Below, piece by piece: positions 27,419-38,252 of a stretch of 64,000 bases of DNA. Numbering within the stretch: position 1 is the stretch's first letter; each line of letters begins with the position of its first letter. A program made the translations under genes and the position numbers. The stretch lies in the NCBI GenBank assembly GCA_963666285.1, contig OY762711.1, one strand, 5' to 3'. The notes below the pieces were generated by a model, which was not told the DNA's origin, did not search any database, and worked only from the letters and a program-made list of their open reading frames with translations. This stretch comes from Sedimentisphaerales bacterium (GTDB lineage: Bacteria > Planctomycetota > Phycisphaerae > Sedimentisphaerales > SM23-30).

Positions 27419-27640
27419 TTACTTACCTGAACCTGTTAATCTGTCAAGTGCAGATTGAGCGTCCGTATCTCCCTGCTCCGCCGCTTTGCGATACCATTTC
27501 ACAGCCTCAGTATAGTTTTGTTCATCATAATATTCTAATCCTAAATTAAAACACTCTTCTTTGGATTTGGCGGCATAAGACTGTTCACTAATTCCTAAAA
27601 CCAATGCTGACACTATCAATATAATACTTACTTTTTTCAT
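27419..27640 (-). CDS. Small secreted protein with a single Sel1-like repeat (possibly truncated)
   Basis: Signal peptide; FNLGLEYY..NYTEAVKWYRKAAEQGDTDAQ. Confidence 0.7.
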   Translation of the reverse strand: MKKVSIILIVSALVLGISEQSYAAKSKEECFNLGLEYYDEQNYTEAVKWYRKAAEQGDTDAQSALDRLTGSGK

Positions 27641-27734
27641 TACTGATTTATCCTTTTCCTTGATTTTTATGCTATTATATACTTATTGCCGCTTCTGGCA
27701 ATATTATTATGGCAGTAGCCACACAGCCATACCC

Positions 27735-28196
27735 CAAAGCCCTGCCGATTTCTTCGATTATTCCATGGCCAATCGTACCTATCGATATTTCAAAGGTGAG
27801 CCGCTATATGCCTTTGGTTATGGCCTGAGCTATACAACTTTCGATTACAGCGAGATTGAATTGTCTGATAAGATTGTCAAAACTGACGGCAGTATTAAGG
27901 TCAGTGTAAAAGTAAAAAATACCGGCAAAGTTGACGGCGAAGAGGTCGTCCAGCTATATCTCCGTCATATAGACTCACCCGTACCTCAGCCGATCCATAG
28001 CCTCGCCGGTTTCAAGCGAGTTGCTATTGCCTCTGGAAAATCAGAAACAGTTGAGTTCGAACTGCCTGATTCCTCTCTGCGATATTGGGATACCGATGCC
28101 GGTAAATATGTTGTCCCAACCGGCAGGTTCGAGGTCCAGGTTGGCTCGTCTTCTGACAATATCCGTCAGAAAGCTGCCTGCGTTGCTGTTAAATAA
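27735..28196 (+). pseudogene. C-terminal remnant of a GH3 beta-glucosidase/xylosidase (GH3_C end plus Fn3-like domain)
   Basis: DYSMANRTYRYF..PLYAFGYGLSYTTF..VKNTGKVDGEEVVQLY..LAGFKRV..VGSSS; catalytic N-terminal domain absent. Confidence 0.85.
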
Positions 28197-28609
28197 TTTC
28201 GAAGTGGATTATGTTTTGCTAAATGAAAAAGTTCTGACTGATATTGGGGCTTTTTTCTTTTTCATTACCGACGAAAACACTTGAGTTATCGGAATATAGT
28301 CTGAATTTATAATGAAATATATTTGAATAAATGCATTTTGGTGAAATGTCGCTGTAAATTCTGGAAAGTAAGATTTGTGACATTTGTTTCACTTCACCTG
28401 TGTGTAATATTAAAATAATGCCTGGTTTGTGAAATATATTTCCGGATCCCCTAACTTGTCGTTACAGTAATTTCATAATTTAGTTCTCTTCTGATTATCG
28501 TAAGCAATTGCATATCGTTGTCTTCAAAATTATATTCTAAACTGCTTTTCATCTTTTCCGATAGTACAATCAACAAGAGGTAAGAATGTTTTTTTATTAG
28601 GAGGAGAAG

Positions 28610-30523
28610 ATGGAATCTGATCTTCAAGCTGTAACTGAAAATTTGAATTATATCTGGGTATTGATGTGTGCGGGACTGGTATTCTTTATGCAGGCTGGTT
28701 TTATGTGTGTTGAATCCGGGTTGGCTCGTGCCAAGAATTCTATTAATGTTGCGATCAAGAATATGGCCGATTTCGTGCTTGCCACAATCCTGTTCTGGTT
28801 TGTTGGCTTTGGCATTATGTTCGGCAAAAGCTGGAATGGCTGGTTTGGCACTTCAGAGTTTATGATCAACCTGGACAATACCTGGGAAATTGCTTTTATG
28901 ACTTTCCAGATTGTGTTCGTTGGTACCGCTGCGACTATCGATTCCGGTGCTGTTGCCGAACGAACCAAGTTCATGTCTTATCTTATTCTTTCTGCCATTG
29001 TTTCTTCACTTATATACCCGGTATTCGGTCATTGGGCCTGGGGTAGTCTATTCTTCAACGATCAGGCAGGATGGCTCGAAAATATGGGCTTCAAGGATTT
29101 CGCCGGGTCAACTGTTGTCCATTCTGTCGGTGGCTGGGTTGCTCTTGCCGGTGTTATTATTATTGGTCCGAGAATGGACAAGTACGATGAAAACGGTAAT
29201 CCCAGGAAGCTGCATCCGCACAATATGCCGCTCACTTATCTTGGCACATTCATTCTTATTTTTGGCTGGTTCGGCTTTAATTGCGGCAGTACCCTTGCTG
29301 CTACAAAAGATATCGCACCAATTGCCTTTAACACCATTCTTTCCGGCTGTTTCGGTTGTGTGGTTTCTTCTGCTCTCAGTACTTTATTCAGCCATGACAA
29401 ACACCCGGAAGGTGAGATGATCGCCAACGGCGTTCTCGGCGGGCTGGTCGGTATTACTGCCGGTTGTGCCTTTGTCGAATCTACCGGTGCTATGTATATT
29501 GGTATAGGCTCAGGCTTTGTGGTATATTTTGGTTCACTTTTTATCGAAAGAGTTCTAAAGCTTGATGATGTGGTAGGAGCGATTGCGGTTCATGGTCTTT
29601 GCGGGGCGTGGGGAACAATTGCTGTTGGACTTTTTATCACCGATGCGAATCTCGGCGAACTTACCAGGCTTCAGCAGCTATGGGCACAATGCGTTGGCGT
29701 GGTAACGGCTTTCTTCTGGACTTTCATCACGAGCTTTATCATTATCAAACTGATCTCAATGTTTAACGGTGGTATGCGGGTTTCTCGCGAAGATGAACTC
29801 ATGGGGCTGAATGTTGCCGAACATGGAGCATCATCTTCTATTCTGGAACTTGCCAACGCAATGGACAAGGCTACCCGCACCGGAGATTTCTCCGAAGCTG
29901 TTAAGATCACCGAAGAAGTTGGCACCGAAGCCGGTGATCTCGCTCGCGGTTTCAATCTCATGGTCGATACTGTCCGTTCTGCTCTCGAAAGAACTCAGCA
30001 GCAGGTAATCGCAGTCAGCAAAGCCCAAGAGGAAAGTAGGAATATGCACGAACAGCTCGAGAGTAACCAGCTTGAATATTCGACCAGGATCGAGCAGATC
30101 GCATCGAATCTCAACGCTATGATTGCTGAACTTGATAACTCTATGGCTGTTATCGCCGGTGCCGCTGATAATGTCGGAGTAAATGCTACCGATCTCCAAT
30201 CTCAAATCGATTCTATCCATAAGTCTTTGAAGAAGATCGACGAGATATCAAATACTATCAACCTGATATCTATGAACGCGATGGTTGAAGCTGCCAGGGC
30301 CGGCGAGTCCGGCAGAAGCTTCGCGGTTGTCGCGACAAACATGAAAAAACTTGCCGGAAATTCCAATGATATTACTCAGGAAATTCATAATATTGCTGAT
30401 GGCATATTTAATAAGCTTAACGATGTTCTGAATAGTATACGCGAACAAATTGAAATTGCCGGTAAAGGCAAAGAGTCAATTTTGAATGCTAATGTCCTTG
30501 TTAGTAATCTTATTAAAGAATAA
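28610..30523 (+). CDS. amt: Ammonium transporter (Amt) fused to a methyl-accepting chemotaxis-type signalling domain
   Basis: FMQAGF, SGAVAER, DFAGSTVVH, WFGFN, DDVVGAIAVHG; C-terminal INLISMNAMVEAARAGESGRSFAVVA (MCP hairpin tip). Confidence 0.9.
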   Translation: MESDLQAVTENLNYIWVLMCAGLVFFMQAGFMCVESGLARAKNSINVAIKNMADFVLATILFWFVGFGIMFGKSWNGWFGTSEFMINLDNTWEIAFMTFQIVFVGTAATIDSGAVAERTKFMSYLILSAIVSSLIYPVFGHWAWGSLFFNDQAGWLENMGFKDFAGSTVVHSVGGWVALAGVIIIGPRMDKYDENGNPRKLHPHNMPLTYLGTFILIFGWFGFNCGSTLAATKDIAPIAFNTILSGCFGCVVSSALSTLFSHDKHPEGEMIANGVLGGLVGITAGCAFVESTGAMYIGIGSGFVVYFGSLFIERVLKLDDVVGAIAVHGLCGAWGTIAVGLFITDANLGELTRLQQLWAQCVGVVTAFFWTFITSFIIIKLISMFNGGMRVSREDELMGLNVAEHGASSSILELANAMDKATRTGDFSEAVKITEEVGTEAGDLARGFNLMVDTVRSALERTQQQVIAVSKAQEESRNMHEQLESNQLEYSTRIEQIASNLNAMIAELDNSMAVIAGAADNVGVNATDLQSQIDSIHKSLKKIDEISNTINLISMNAMVEAARAGESGRSFAVVATNMKKLAGNSNDITQEIHNIADGIFNKLNDVLNSIREQIEIAGKGKESILNANVLVSNLIKE

Positions 30524-30617
30524 TTATTGTAATAGGTTAGTCTATTAAAAACAAACTGTTACAACGCGGCTACTGTATATGACGACACACTAAAATCTAC
30601 TTTTTCATTAATACGGC

Positions 30618-30663
30618 TTGACATCTGACTACGCTTGTAGTATGTTAGACTACAGACGTAGTC
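30618..30663 (+). promoter_or_regulatory. Promoter with two palindromic BlaI-type operators
   Basis: TTGACA(30618)-17 nt-TATGTT(30641); ACTAC-N4-GTAGT (30628-30641) and GACTAC-N4-GTAGTC (30648-30663). Confidence 0.75.
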
Positions 30664-30723
30664 ATTTGTTTTTTTATTTAAACATGCCGATGGCTTGCTT
30701 GAGTTTTTAAGGAAGTGTGCCGT

Positions 30724-31116
30724 ATGAGTGAAAAAAATCAGTCTTTAGGCCAGCTGGAGCTGGAAGTATTAAAAATCGTATGGGAAAAACAGGGTTGTTC
30801 TGTCCCCGAAGCGGCCGAGATTCTGTCCGGTCAAAAAGGATATGCTCGCACAACAATTCTCACTATCTTTCAGCGTTTGCACAAAAAAGGATTTCTTAAC
30901 CGAAGGAAAAAGGCCGGTATATTCTGCTACTACCCGACTCAGCAGAAAAACGATGTGCTCGGCAATCTCGCTCAGCAGTTTGTCCGAAATATCTTCGAAG
31001 GTTCTCCTTCCGGGCTCGTCCAACACCTCACTAAATCTAATGTCTCTGCCGATGAGCTTGCCCGCATGCGTCAGATCATTGATGATGCCTTAGCAGCAGA
31101 AGGGGGCAAATCATGA
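30724..31116 (+). CDS. BlaI/MecI/CopY family transcriptional repressor
   Basis: LGQLELEVLKIVW..YARTTILTIFQRLHKKGFLNR..FEGS..LVQHL. Confidence 0.9.
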   Translation: MSEKNQSLGQLELEVLKIVWEKQGCSVPEAAEILSGQKGYARTTILTIFQRLHKKGFLNRRKKAGIFCYYPTQQKNDVLGNLAQQFVRNIFEGSPSGLVQHLTKSNVSADELARMRQIIDDALAAEGGKS

Positions 31117-31226
31117 ACTTTGTTCAGGATTTTCTTTCTTCCGGTTATGCCGCCGACCTGGCTGTTGCCCTTATCCATACTCTCTGGCTGGGCGTTATTA
31201 TTGCTCTCGCTCTATTCGCTTCTTGA
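31113..31226 (+). pseudogene. Truncated N-terminus of a BlaR1/M56-family membrane sensor
   Basis: ATGA overlap with the blaI stop; MNFVQDFLSSGYAADLAVALIHTLWLG (LxHxLWxG motif) then a stop after 37 aa and an abrupt switch to AT-rich DNA. Confidence 0.7.
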
Positions 31227-31627
31227 AATTATATCCAACTTTTTAAAATGTAAACCAAAAATTTGCTATATAGCATTATAATATATTACAAACACGAAAC
31301 TTATGATATTTTTTTAAGATATATGGAGGGAGATTCTTATCTATGGACCTTGAAAATGTCGATTTTCAAGCGTAGTCGGCAATCACAAATCGTTTTTAAT
31401 CAAATAGGCCTTTATAACAATAGATTTATGGGATAATACCTTAAAATGATATGCCGGATAGTAAATTTGAATTATTTTTTAAAATTAATGTCTTAATTTT
31501 GCTCATTAAGACCCTATAGCAATAGAAGTCTAAATTCTAAATTACGTTAGTTTATTTGGTATGTCTGGTCCTGTGATAAGTTGTCACATTATAGATTTAA
31601 TGTTTTAACAAATAACAGGAGACAACA

Positions 31628-32047
31628 ATGTTGGTAAGTAAACGAACTTATAATCGCTACAGCGAAGCCTTTAAATTACAGGTGGTAAATGATCTTGAAT
31701 CTGGTAAGCTAAGCAGTATTTATGAGGCTAATTCCCGCTATGGGATTTCTGGTACAACAACAGTAAAGAGTTGGCTAAGAAAATATGGCCGTAACCATTT
31801 GATACCAAAGGTGATACGCGTGGAAAAACTAGATGAACAAGATCATGTAAAGAAGTTAGAATCAGAGATTAAGCAGCTTAAAGAAGCGTTAGCAGACAGC
31901 CATATAGAGAATATTGTAAGTGAAGCCAGGTTTCAGGTTATTTGTAAAGAATACGGGCTGGATCCCGAGGAGTATAAAAAAAAAGTCGATACCAAACGGT
32001 TCAACAAGCGTCCGAGGCAACCGTTGAAAAGAAAGAGGAAAAAATAG
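31628..32047 (+). CDS. IS3 OrfA (HTH)
   Basis: RYSEAFKLQVV..YGISGTTTVKSWLRKYG; A9G slippery run at 31976-31985. Confidence 0.85.
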   Translation: MLVSKRTYNRYSEAFKLQVVNDLESGKLSSIYEANSRYGISGTTTVKSWLRKYGRNHLIPKVIRVEKLDEQDHVKKLESEIKQLKEALADSHIENIVSEARFQVICKEYGLDPEEYKKKVDTKRFNKRPRQPLKRKRKK

Positions 32048-32076
32048 CGATAACTTCCTTATGCAAAGCTGTTGGC

Positions 32077-32862
32077 ATGAGTCGTCAGAATTATTATAAA
32101 TCACATAAAGTTCGGCGCAGGCGGCACTATGAAAAAGACCTGATAATATCTTTGGCCAGGCTGGAAAGATCATTGCAGCCTGAGATGGGTTGCAGAAAGG
32201 TTTTGAAGCGTATAAAGCCCAAACTGGCAAAAGCCGGTATTAGTATAGGGCGAGATAGATTTTATGAAACGATGTCAGAAGCAGATATGTTGATAGAGCG
32301 TAAAAAGCGAAGTGTGACAACGACAGACAGTCGTCATAACTTTAAGACTTATAAGAATATACTGAAAGATGAAGAGCTTACAGGAGCCAATCAGGCCCTG
32401 GTAAGTGATATAACGTACATATATACAGATGAAGGATTTATGTATCTGTCGTTGATAATGGATGCATTTAGTCGCAAGATAGTTGGCTATGACTGTAGTG
32501 ATAGTTTGGAAGCAGAAGGTTGTTTGCGTGCATTAACAAAGGCGATAAAGCAATTGCCCAAAGGTAGTAATACGATACATCATTCAGATCGTGGCAGTCA
32601 GTATTGCTGCCATAGATATATAGATAAGCTTAAAAGAAATGGGCTGCGAGTTAGTATGACCGAAGATAATCATTGTTATGAGAATGCCCAGGCCGAGAGG
32701 TTAAACGGTATATTGAAGCACGAGTATGGATTGAAGAATACGTTTAAGAAAAAAGCTCATGTTCATGCTGCGGTTAAACAGGCGATAGAACTGTATAATA
32801 CCTGTCGTCCACATTTTGCTTTGGGATATCGTGTGCCTGAGGAAGTGCATATGGCGGCGTGA
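32077..32862 (+). CDS. IS3 OrfB (DDE transposase)
   Basis: VSDITYI, DAFSRKIVG, HHSDRGSQY, ENAQAERLNGILKHE. Confidence 0.92.
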   Translation: MSRQNYYKSHKVRRRRHYEKDLIISLARLERSLQPEMGCRKVLKRIKPKLAKAGISIGRDRFYETMSEADMLIERKKRSVTTTDSRHNFKTYKNILKDEELTGANQALVSDITYIYTDEGFMYLSLIMDAFSRKIVGYDCSDSLEAEGCLRALTKAIKQLPKGSNTIHHSDRGSQYCCHRYIDKLKRNGLRVSMTEDNHCYENAQAERLNGILKHEYGLKNTFKKKAHVHAAVKQAIELYNTCRPHFALGYRVPEEVHMAA

Positions 32863-33092
32863 TATATTCCTCCGTTCCGGTCGCCCTTCGGGCTCCCTGC
32901 ACTACGGAATATATCATCAAAAAACAATAGTAAATAGAAACGGAAAGTGACAACTTTAAATCAGGACTTGACAGTAGTTTATGAGTGTTATGCTAAGATG
33001 TTTTGATGGAAGATAATAATTAAAGATACAACTGGAAGGTCCTTTTTTGCATTTATTACATCGTGAAAACTTTGAAAGAAAAGTTATATATT

Positions 33093-33620
33093 ATGAACAC
33101 AAATGACTTAGATGAAATATTTATTACTCTTTTGGCTGAGAATCAAAGGAAAATATATTCTTACATTTTGTCTGCGGTGAGTAGGCGTAATGTTGCTGAT
33201 GATATTATGCAGCAAACCCTTCTTCTTTTATGGCGTAATTTTTCGCGATATGAGGCTGGAACAAATTTTGCTGCCTGGGCAAAAGAAATAGCAAAGTACG
33301 AAATCTTTAATTACCGGAAAAAGAAAGCAAAAGATTGTATATTAGATTATGACGCTCTTGAGAAGGTTATGGAAGCTTCAGTAGAACTTGTGAAAACTTC
33401 AGATATGCGTATTGATGCACTCGAAGGTTGTCTTAAGAAACTGAGTGAAAAAAATCGTTCTCTGATTAATTATCGTTATTATGAGGGATTTTCTTGCCGG
33501 AAAATATCAAAAGAGTTTAATTGCCCTGTTTCTACAATATATAAAACATTTGCCCGTATGCACACTTCTCTTCATGAATGTGTTCGCCGAACAATGGATA
33601 TTTGGGAGGCTCAGTCATGA
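33093..33620 (+). CDS. ECF-type RNA polymerase sigma factor
   Basis: ADDIMQQT..LW..F..GTNFAAWA..ALEGCLKKL..RY. Confidence 0.88.
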   Translation: MNTNDLDEIFITLLAENQRKIYSYILSAVSRRNVADDIMQQTLLLLWRNFSRYEAGTNFAAWAKEIAKYEIFNYRKKKAKDCILDYDALEKVMEASVELVKTSDMRIDALEGCLKKLSEKNRSLINYRYYEGFSCRKISKEFNCPVSTIYKTFARMHTSLHECVRRTMDIWEAQS

Positions 33621-35200
33621 TGGACACTGAAGAAAAAAATAAATTCTTTGAACTTTTGACCAAAGCTTTTGAAGGTCAAATAAGTAGTGAAGAGGTTAGG
33701 GTTTTAAACGATTGTATCAAAAATACACAAGGAGCTGCAAAATGTTATATTGAATTCTTTGATGATGTGACGAGTTTGATGGATATTAACCTTAGTTCAG
33801 TCAGTACCGAACCAGATGATATGAGCAATGTTTTGCAGGATTTGGTAGAGTACGAAAAAAAATCTCCTACTATTCCTCATGTTTGTGAAGGCGAATATGT
33901 TGAGGGTAATGATCCTAAAACTTTAGAAAACAATGTACAAAGTGAATTTGAGTTAAAAAGAACAAACAAGTTCTTTATAATATTTGACAAACTTGTATAT
34001 ATAGCTGCTATATTTATGATTATATTTGTCATTTATGCTAATGTTTTTCCTCCCCAATTATCTGTACAGGTTGCGACAGTACAAGACCAAATGGATGTGG
34101 TATGGAATACCTCATCCGTCAAATTAACAAATGGAGAACAAATATTCGCTAATCAGCGTCCTTATAAATTGGATAAAGGTATAATTCAATTTTCCTATGA
34201 ACATGGTGTTAATGTTTTAGTGGAAGCGCCCGCAGAATTTATAATTCCCGCACAAAATCAAATTGTAATGAATTTAGGCAGGACTTTTGTATCTGTGCCT
34301 GAGTCGTCTATTGGTTTCGAAGTAAACACTCCGTGTGCCAAAATCGTAGATCTTGGCACTGAATTCGGAGTAGGAGTGGATATTCGAAATACAGTGAGAA
34401 CCATTGTGTATAAAGGTAAAGTTGAAATGTCTATACCACCAGAGCAGGCAAATCCAGGAAAATTTCTGATTGTGAAAGGTCAGCTTGGCGTCTTAGAAAA
34501 GCATGGACAACTATCTATTACTGAAATTTCTCCGAACTATAGTGAGTTTGCTTGCGGTATGAATGACTATCAATCTGGTTTATCGCTTTTAGATCGTAAC
34601 CTTATAACTAATGGTGATTTTGAACAGGATAGAGTAGTTTACGAATCATTGGATATTGATTCAATTAAATTGAGTAATAATAATATTAGTATTGCAGGTT
34701 GGCAGGACACCACACCTGCCACAATCAATACTTATGCCACTTTTGGCACTGGGGAAATAGATGCATCAGAAAGGGCGGCTATTCCGGTTCCATCTCAAAA
34801 GGGAAACAATTTCTTTGACGGACATAAGTCCTGTACCATTACCCAGGAAATTGATCTGGAGGATATATCGTATAAAATTAATAGAAGCGAGGTTAACTAC
34901 GAATTATCAGGCTGGGTTGGCGGTTGGCACAGACAAGAAGACACACTTGAATTCTCTGCTTCATATCTGGATAACTCTGGTCGGCTGATTGAAATTGCTA
35001 CTATCAGATCATTGACGGCAAGTGAGCGAAATAACAAAACCTGCTTTGTTAAGCGATCTGAAAAAGGACCATTGCCAGAGGGTGTTAGAAAAATCATTAT
35101 CAGCCTTACTACAAAACTCATAGAAGGAGAAACAGCCGATGCTTATGCAGATAATCTGGAATTTATTTTGTCTGACAATAATATTGCTTCACGAAGATAA
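33617..35200 (+). CDS. FecR-like anti-sigma factor with extracytoplasmic C-terminal domain
   Basis: Single TM helix; GFEVNTPCAKIVDLGTEFGV FecR motif; ATGA overlap with the sigma gene. Confidence 0.88.
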   Translation: MMDTEEKNKFFELLTKAFEGQISSEEVRVLNDCIKNTQGAAKCYIEFFDDVTSLMDINLSSVSTEPDDMSNVLQDLVEYEKKSPTIPHVCEGEYVEGNDPKTLENNVQSEFELKRTNKFFIIFDKLVYIAAIFMIIFVIYANVFPPQLSVQVATVQDQMDVVWNTSSVKLTNGEQIFANQRPYKLDKGIIQFSYEHGVNVLVEAPAEFIIPAQNQIVMNLGRTFVSVPESSIGFEVNTPCAKIVDLGTEFGVGVDIRNTVRTIVYKGKVEMSIPPEQANPGKFLIVKGQLGVLEKHGQLSITEISPNYSEFACGMNDYQSGLSLLDRNLITNGDFEQDRVVYESLDIDSIKLSNNNISIAGWQDTTPATINTYATFGTGEIDASERAAIPVPSQKGNNFFDGHKSCTITQEIDLEDISYKINRSEVNYELSGWVGGWHRQEDTLEFSASYLDNSGRLIEIATIRSLTASERNNKTCFVKRSEKGPLPEGVRKIIISLTTKLIEGETADAYADNLEFILSDNNIASRR

Positions 35201-35415
35201 AAAGAATGTGAGATACATTATTTATCGTACATATTATTTTCAGATGATAAGTTTTTGGATTATTTACTGATTTTTCTGATCGATTATCGTGAAAGTCAGT
35301 TTTGTGATTGCTTGTTTATTTGATAGTTGTAGCTAGAAAGCATTTATATTTGTATAATTTTTCACAGGTGTTTGTGGAAAATATAAACAGTGGATATTTT
35401 TTAAGGAGAAGGTAA

Positions 35416-37488
35416 ATGAAAAAAAATTGTATTTTAATTGGTATATTAGCTATTGTGTCGGTAGCTCATGCGGAACTGGTGGGAATATGGGAATTTGATG
35501 ATGCCAGTAACCTGAACATGGCAACCATTGGACCGGATCTGTATCTTACAGGCAGTCAAACTGCAGTAGAAGGTGTTAATGCAAATGACGGTGCCGTACA
35601 AATCGACCCGGGAAGTTATTATACTTTAATTCACGGCATGGAAGGTAATGGCGGTGGTAATTATGTCAATGAGTGGACATTGATCTTTGATATCAAAGTG
35701 CCTTTGACCAATAAATACAGCTCGTTATTGCAAACAAGTATTTCAAACAACGACGATGCCGATGTTTTTATAAAAAAGAATGCTGATAGCACTAATCCCG
35801 TTACGGGCCACTTTGGTGTGGGCGATACAGGCTATGCATTAGACCGGGTAGTCGCCAACACATGGTGTCGTTTAGCAATTCGTGTTGATAACGGCAGCTT
35901 TTATGAGCTTTGGGTTGATGGTGAACGAGTATTGTTGAGTGGAAATGTCCAGGCAGTTGACGGTCGTTACTCATTGCGTCCGGAAGTGCTGTTTTTTACC
36001 GACGATGATGGAGAAGAGGATACCGTGTATGTGTCTGCAATAGCTCTCTACGACACTGCAATTCCAACCGCTGAACTTCAGGCAATGGGCGCTGCTGCAA
36101 ACCCTCTGCGTCCATGTGCAAAAATTATTTCACCTAAAAACAACGCGACCGGAGTTGCAACAGATGCTACTTTGAATTGGTCCTCACCATACGATAATTA
36201 TTCCTTCGATGTATATTTGGGAACAGAAGAACCTAATGCATACGCGGCAAATTATGGCACTTCGTTTACCAAACTAAATGGTTCAACTAAACTGATTGCA
36301 ACTAGTATGTCAGTTCCATATGCCCTGAATAATTCTACAAAATATTACTGGGTTGTAGATTCATTTGCACCTGGTAGTGACACTCCATATCAAGGTGACC
36401 CATGGGCGTTTACAACCATTCCGTTTGATACTGCTCCTGTGGTAACAAAAAGTAGCAACTATATTACCTGGTTTGATATTATGCCTCAAAGTGTTCAAGC
36501 CTCTATTGATGATAACGGTGAGAATGATGTATCTGATGCCGGCATTGTATGGACAATTGAAACTTTCCCCGGAGCTCCAACTGACCAGACTGCTAGAGCC
36601 TTCAATCGCGGTATGACCGGTGCTAATGCCTTGGCATTAAATGAGCTGGGTTATGATCCGAATGCTTTATCTGATTCGATTGGCTGTGATGCTCGTTCTG
36701 ACAACCTGGGTAACCCGCTTGTATTTGTTATCAGCGGTCTTCCGGCAGGAGAATATACCTGTACAACAATGCATCATGATTATAATGACCAGACAGGGCT
36801 GTTCAATGTTTATGTTAACGATGTTCAAGTTGCTGCTGATGTCGATGCTTCAGCTGGAACTCAAACTCCAACTGAATTTTCCACTGTAATCTCTTCTGAT
36901 GGCTCAAACCCGATTAAGCTGATCTTCGAAGAAGTAAATATTACTGGTAGCGGTATTGGAATCCTGCTTGTAAATACTATGACTATTACCAATGGTGTAA
37001 ATACTATGAATGTTGATTTTGGTACTGCAACTTCTAATGTAGCTACAGGCTATCAGGCATATATTGCTTCTGATAGAATCCTGGAAACATTCACTGCTCA
37101 GGATTTTACCTTTGGCTCCGCTACTGTGACAATTAAGCCGGAATTTGGACCTGGTAAAGCTGGCTGGATTGATGCTGATCTGGTAAAAACCAGCACTGAT
37201 ATTCATCTTTCAACTGCAGCTTTTTCTACCAGTTTTACTGGTACATATATTATTAAAGTATCTGTGACTGATGACGCTGTCTATGGTCCTGAAGCTATGA
37301 CCGGGGCTGATGAAATTGTTATCCAGGTTGTGGAAAATGCCTGTGAGGCTGCTCAGAAATCTGACAACTGGGAAGGTTTTAACACCTATGATGCGAATAA
37401 TGACTGTAGTGTTAATCTGCTTGATTTTGCTGAATTCGCAGTCAATTGGCTGACAGACTCAAGTATGACAGAGGCTGTGACTTACTAA
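35416..37488 (+). CDS. Secreted LamG-like jelly-roll protein with dockerin-like C-terminus
   Basis: Signal peptide, LVGIWEFD, YYWVVD..GDPWAFTT, DANNDCSVNLLDFAEFAVNWL. Confidence 0.75.
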   Translation: MKKNCILIGILAIVSVAHAELVGIWEFDDASNLNMATIGPDLYLTGSQTAVEGVNANDGAVQIDPGSYYTLIHGMEGNGGGNYVNEWTLIFDIKVPLTNKYSSLLQTSISNNDDADVFIKKNADSTNPVTGHFGVGDTGYALDRVVANTWCRLAIRVDNGSFYELWVDGERVLLSGNVQAVDGRYSLRPEVLFFTDDDGEEDTVYVSAIALYDTAIPTAELQAMGAAANPLRPCAKIISPKNNATGVATDATLNWSSPYDNYSFDVYLGTEEPNAYAANYGTSFTKLNGSTKLIATSMSVPYALNNSTKYYWVVDSFAPGSDTPYQGDPWAFTTIPFDTAPVVTKSSNYITWFDIMPQSVQASIDDNGENDVSDAGIVWTIETFPGAPTDQTARAFNRGMTGANALALNELGYDPNALSDSIGCDARSDNLGNPLVFVISGLPAGEYTCTTMHHDYNDQTGLFNVYVNDVQVAADVDASAGTQTPTEFSTVISSDGSNPIKLIFEEVNITGSGIGILLVNTMTITNGVNTMNVDFGTATSNVATGYQAYIASDRILETFTAQDFTFGSATVTIKPEFGPGKAGWIDADLVKTSTDIHLSTAAFSTSFTGTYIIKVSVTDDAVYGPEAMTGADEIVIQVVENACEAAQKSDNWEGFNTYDANNDCSVNLLDFAEFAVNWLTDSSMTEAVTY

Positions 37489-37517
37489 TAATTTTAAGTT
37501 ATCTTAATTGTTTTTTC

Positions 37518-37567
37518 ATAAGTAAAGTGTATCCTATAAAGAGGTATATACTTTACTTATTTTTTTT
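37518..37567 (+). terminator. Rho-independent terminator
   Basis: ATAAGTAAAGTGTAT...ATATACTTTACTTAT followed by a T-tract. Confidence 0.7.
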
Positions 37568-38069
37568 GTATATAGTTTGAATTGCTTAATAGGCATTTAT
37601 GTGTGTCACGTAGATAAGCTTAGCTCTGACTTTCTGGAGTTATCTCTTATCATGTTCTGTAAGTGATGGAGGTTTGGCCCTCCACTGTTGGCTGACAGTA
37701 GCAGGCGGCAAATCGTCCTCCCCAAAATAAATCTGAGATGTAGTTCACCTGGAATTTATGATTATGCGAAAGAAATTTGCTCTTTGAATAGTTGATCTTG
37801 CCAGCAAAAACAAGTGAAAACTTTTGAAAAATGCCGAGATACAGCTCAAATTTGCCTGATGGTGAGATATGTCTTGGATTGGCAAAGAATGAGTGGGAAA
37901 ATTATATGTTATTGTGATTCCTGTGTATGACTGCTATTAATGACTTGATTTTTATAAGTATAAGAGTAATATCTATCCTGGTAAAAGAGACTTAGATGGA
38001 TTTTCTATTGTGTCGTTATTATTTCAAAAAATTACTGTTTTTAGCTTGTATATGTGTGCCCGACTATAA

Positions 38070-38252
38070 ATGATGCAGATAAATGTAAATGATTTTCCGA
38101 CAACTAGATATCAAGGGAGTAAAAGGAAACTTATACCTTGGATCTATAAATACATTTCAAAATTAGAGTTTCATTCGGCTTTGGATGTGTTTGGTGGTAC
38201 CGGATGTGTTCAAGATACTTTTAAAAGTGTCTATTCCAGGAAAGAAGTTTAA
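38070..38252 (+). pseudogene. N-terminal fragment of a Dam/D12-class DNA adenine methyltransferase
   Basis: RYQGSKRKLIPWI...DVFGGTG (motifs X/I) then stop at 60 aa. Confidence 0.75.

Larger units (their letters stand above)
31562..32973 (+). mobile_element. IS3 family insertion sequence
   Basis: TIRs TGTCTGGTCCTG..AAGTTGTCAC / GTGACAACTT..CAGGACTTGACA; 3 bp direct repeat GTA. Confidence 0.92.

Noticed and set aside
37655..37730. Riboswitch-like hairpins (GTGATGGAGG..CCTCCA, ACTGTT..ACAGT)
   Set aside because: Does not match the fluoride or c-di-GMP riboswitch consensus well enough; needs an Rfam scan
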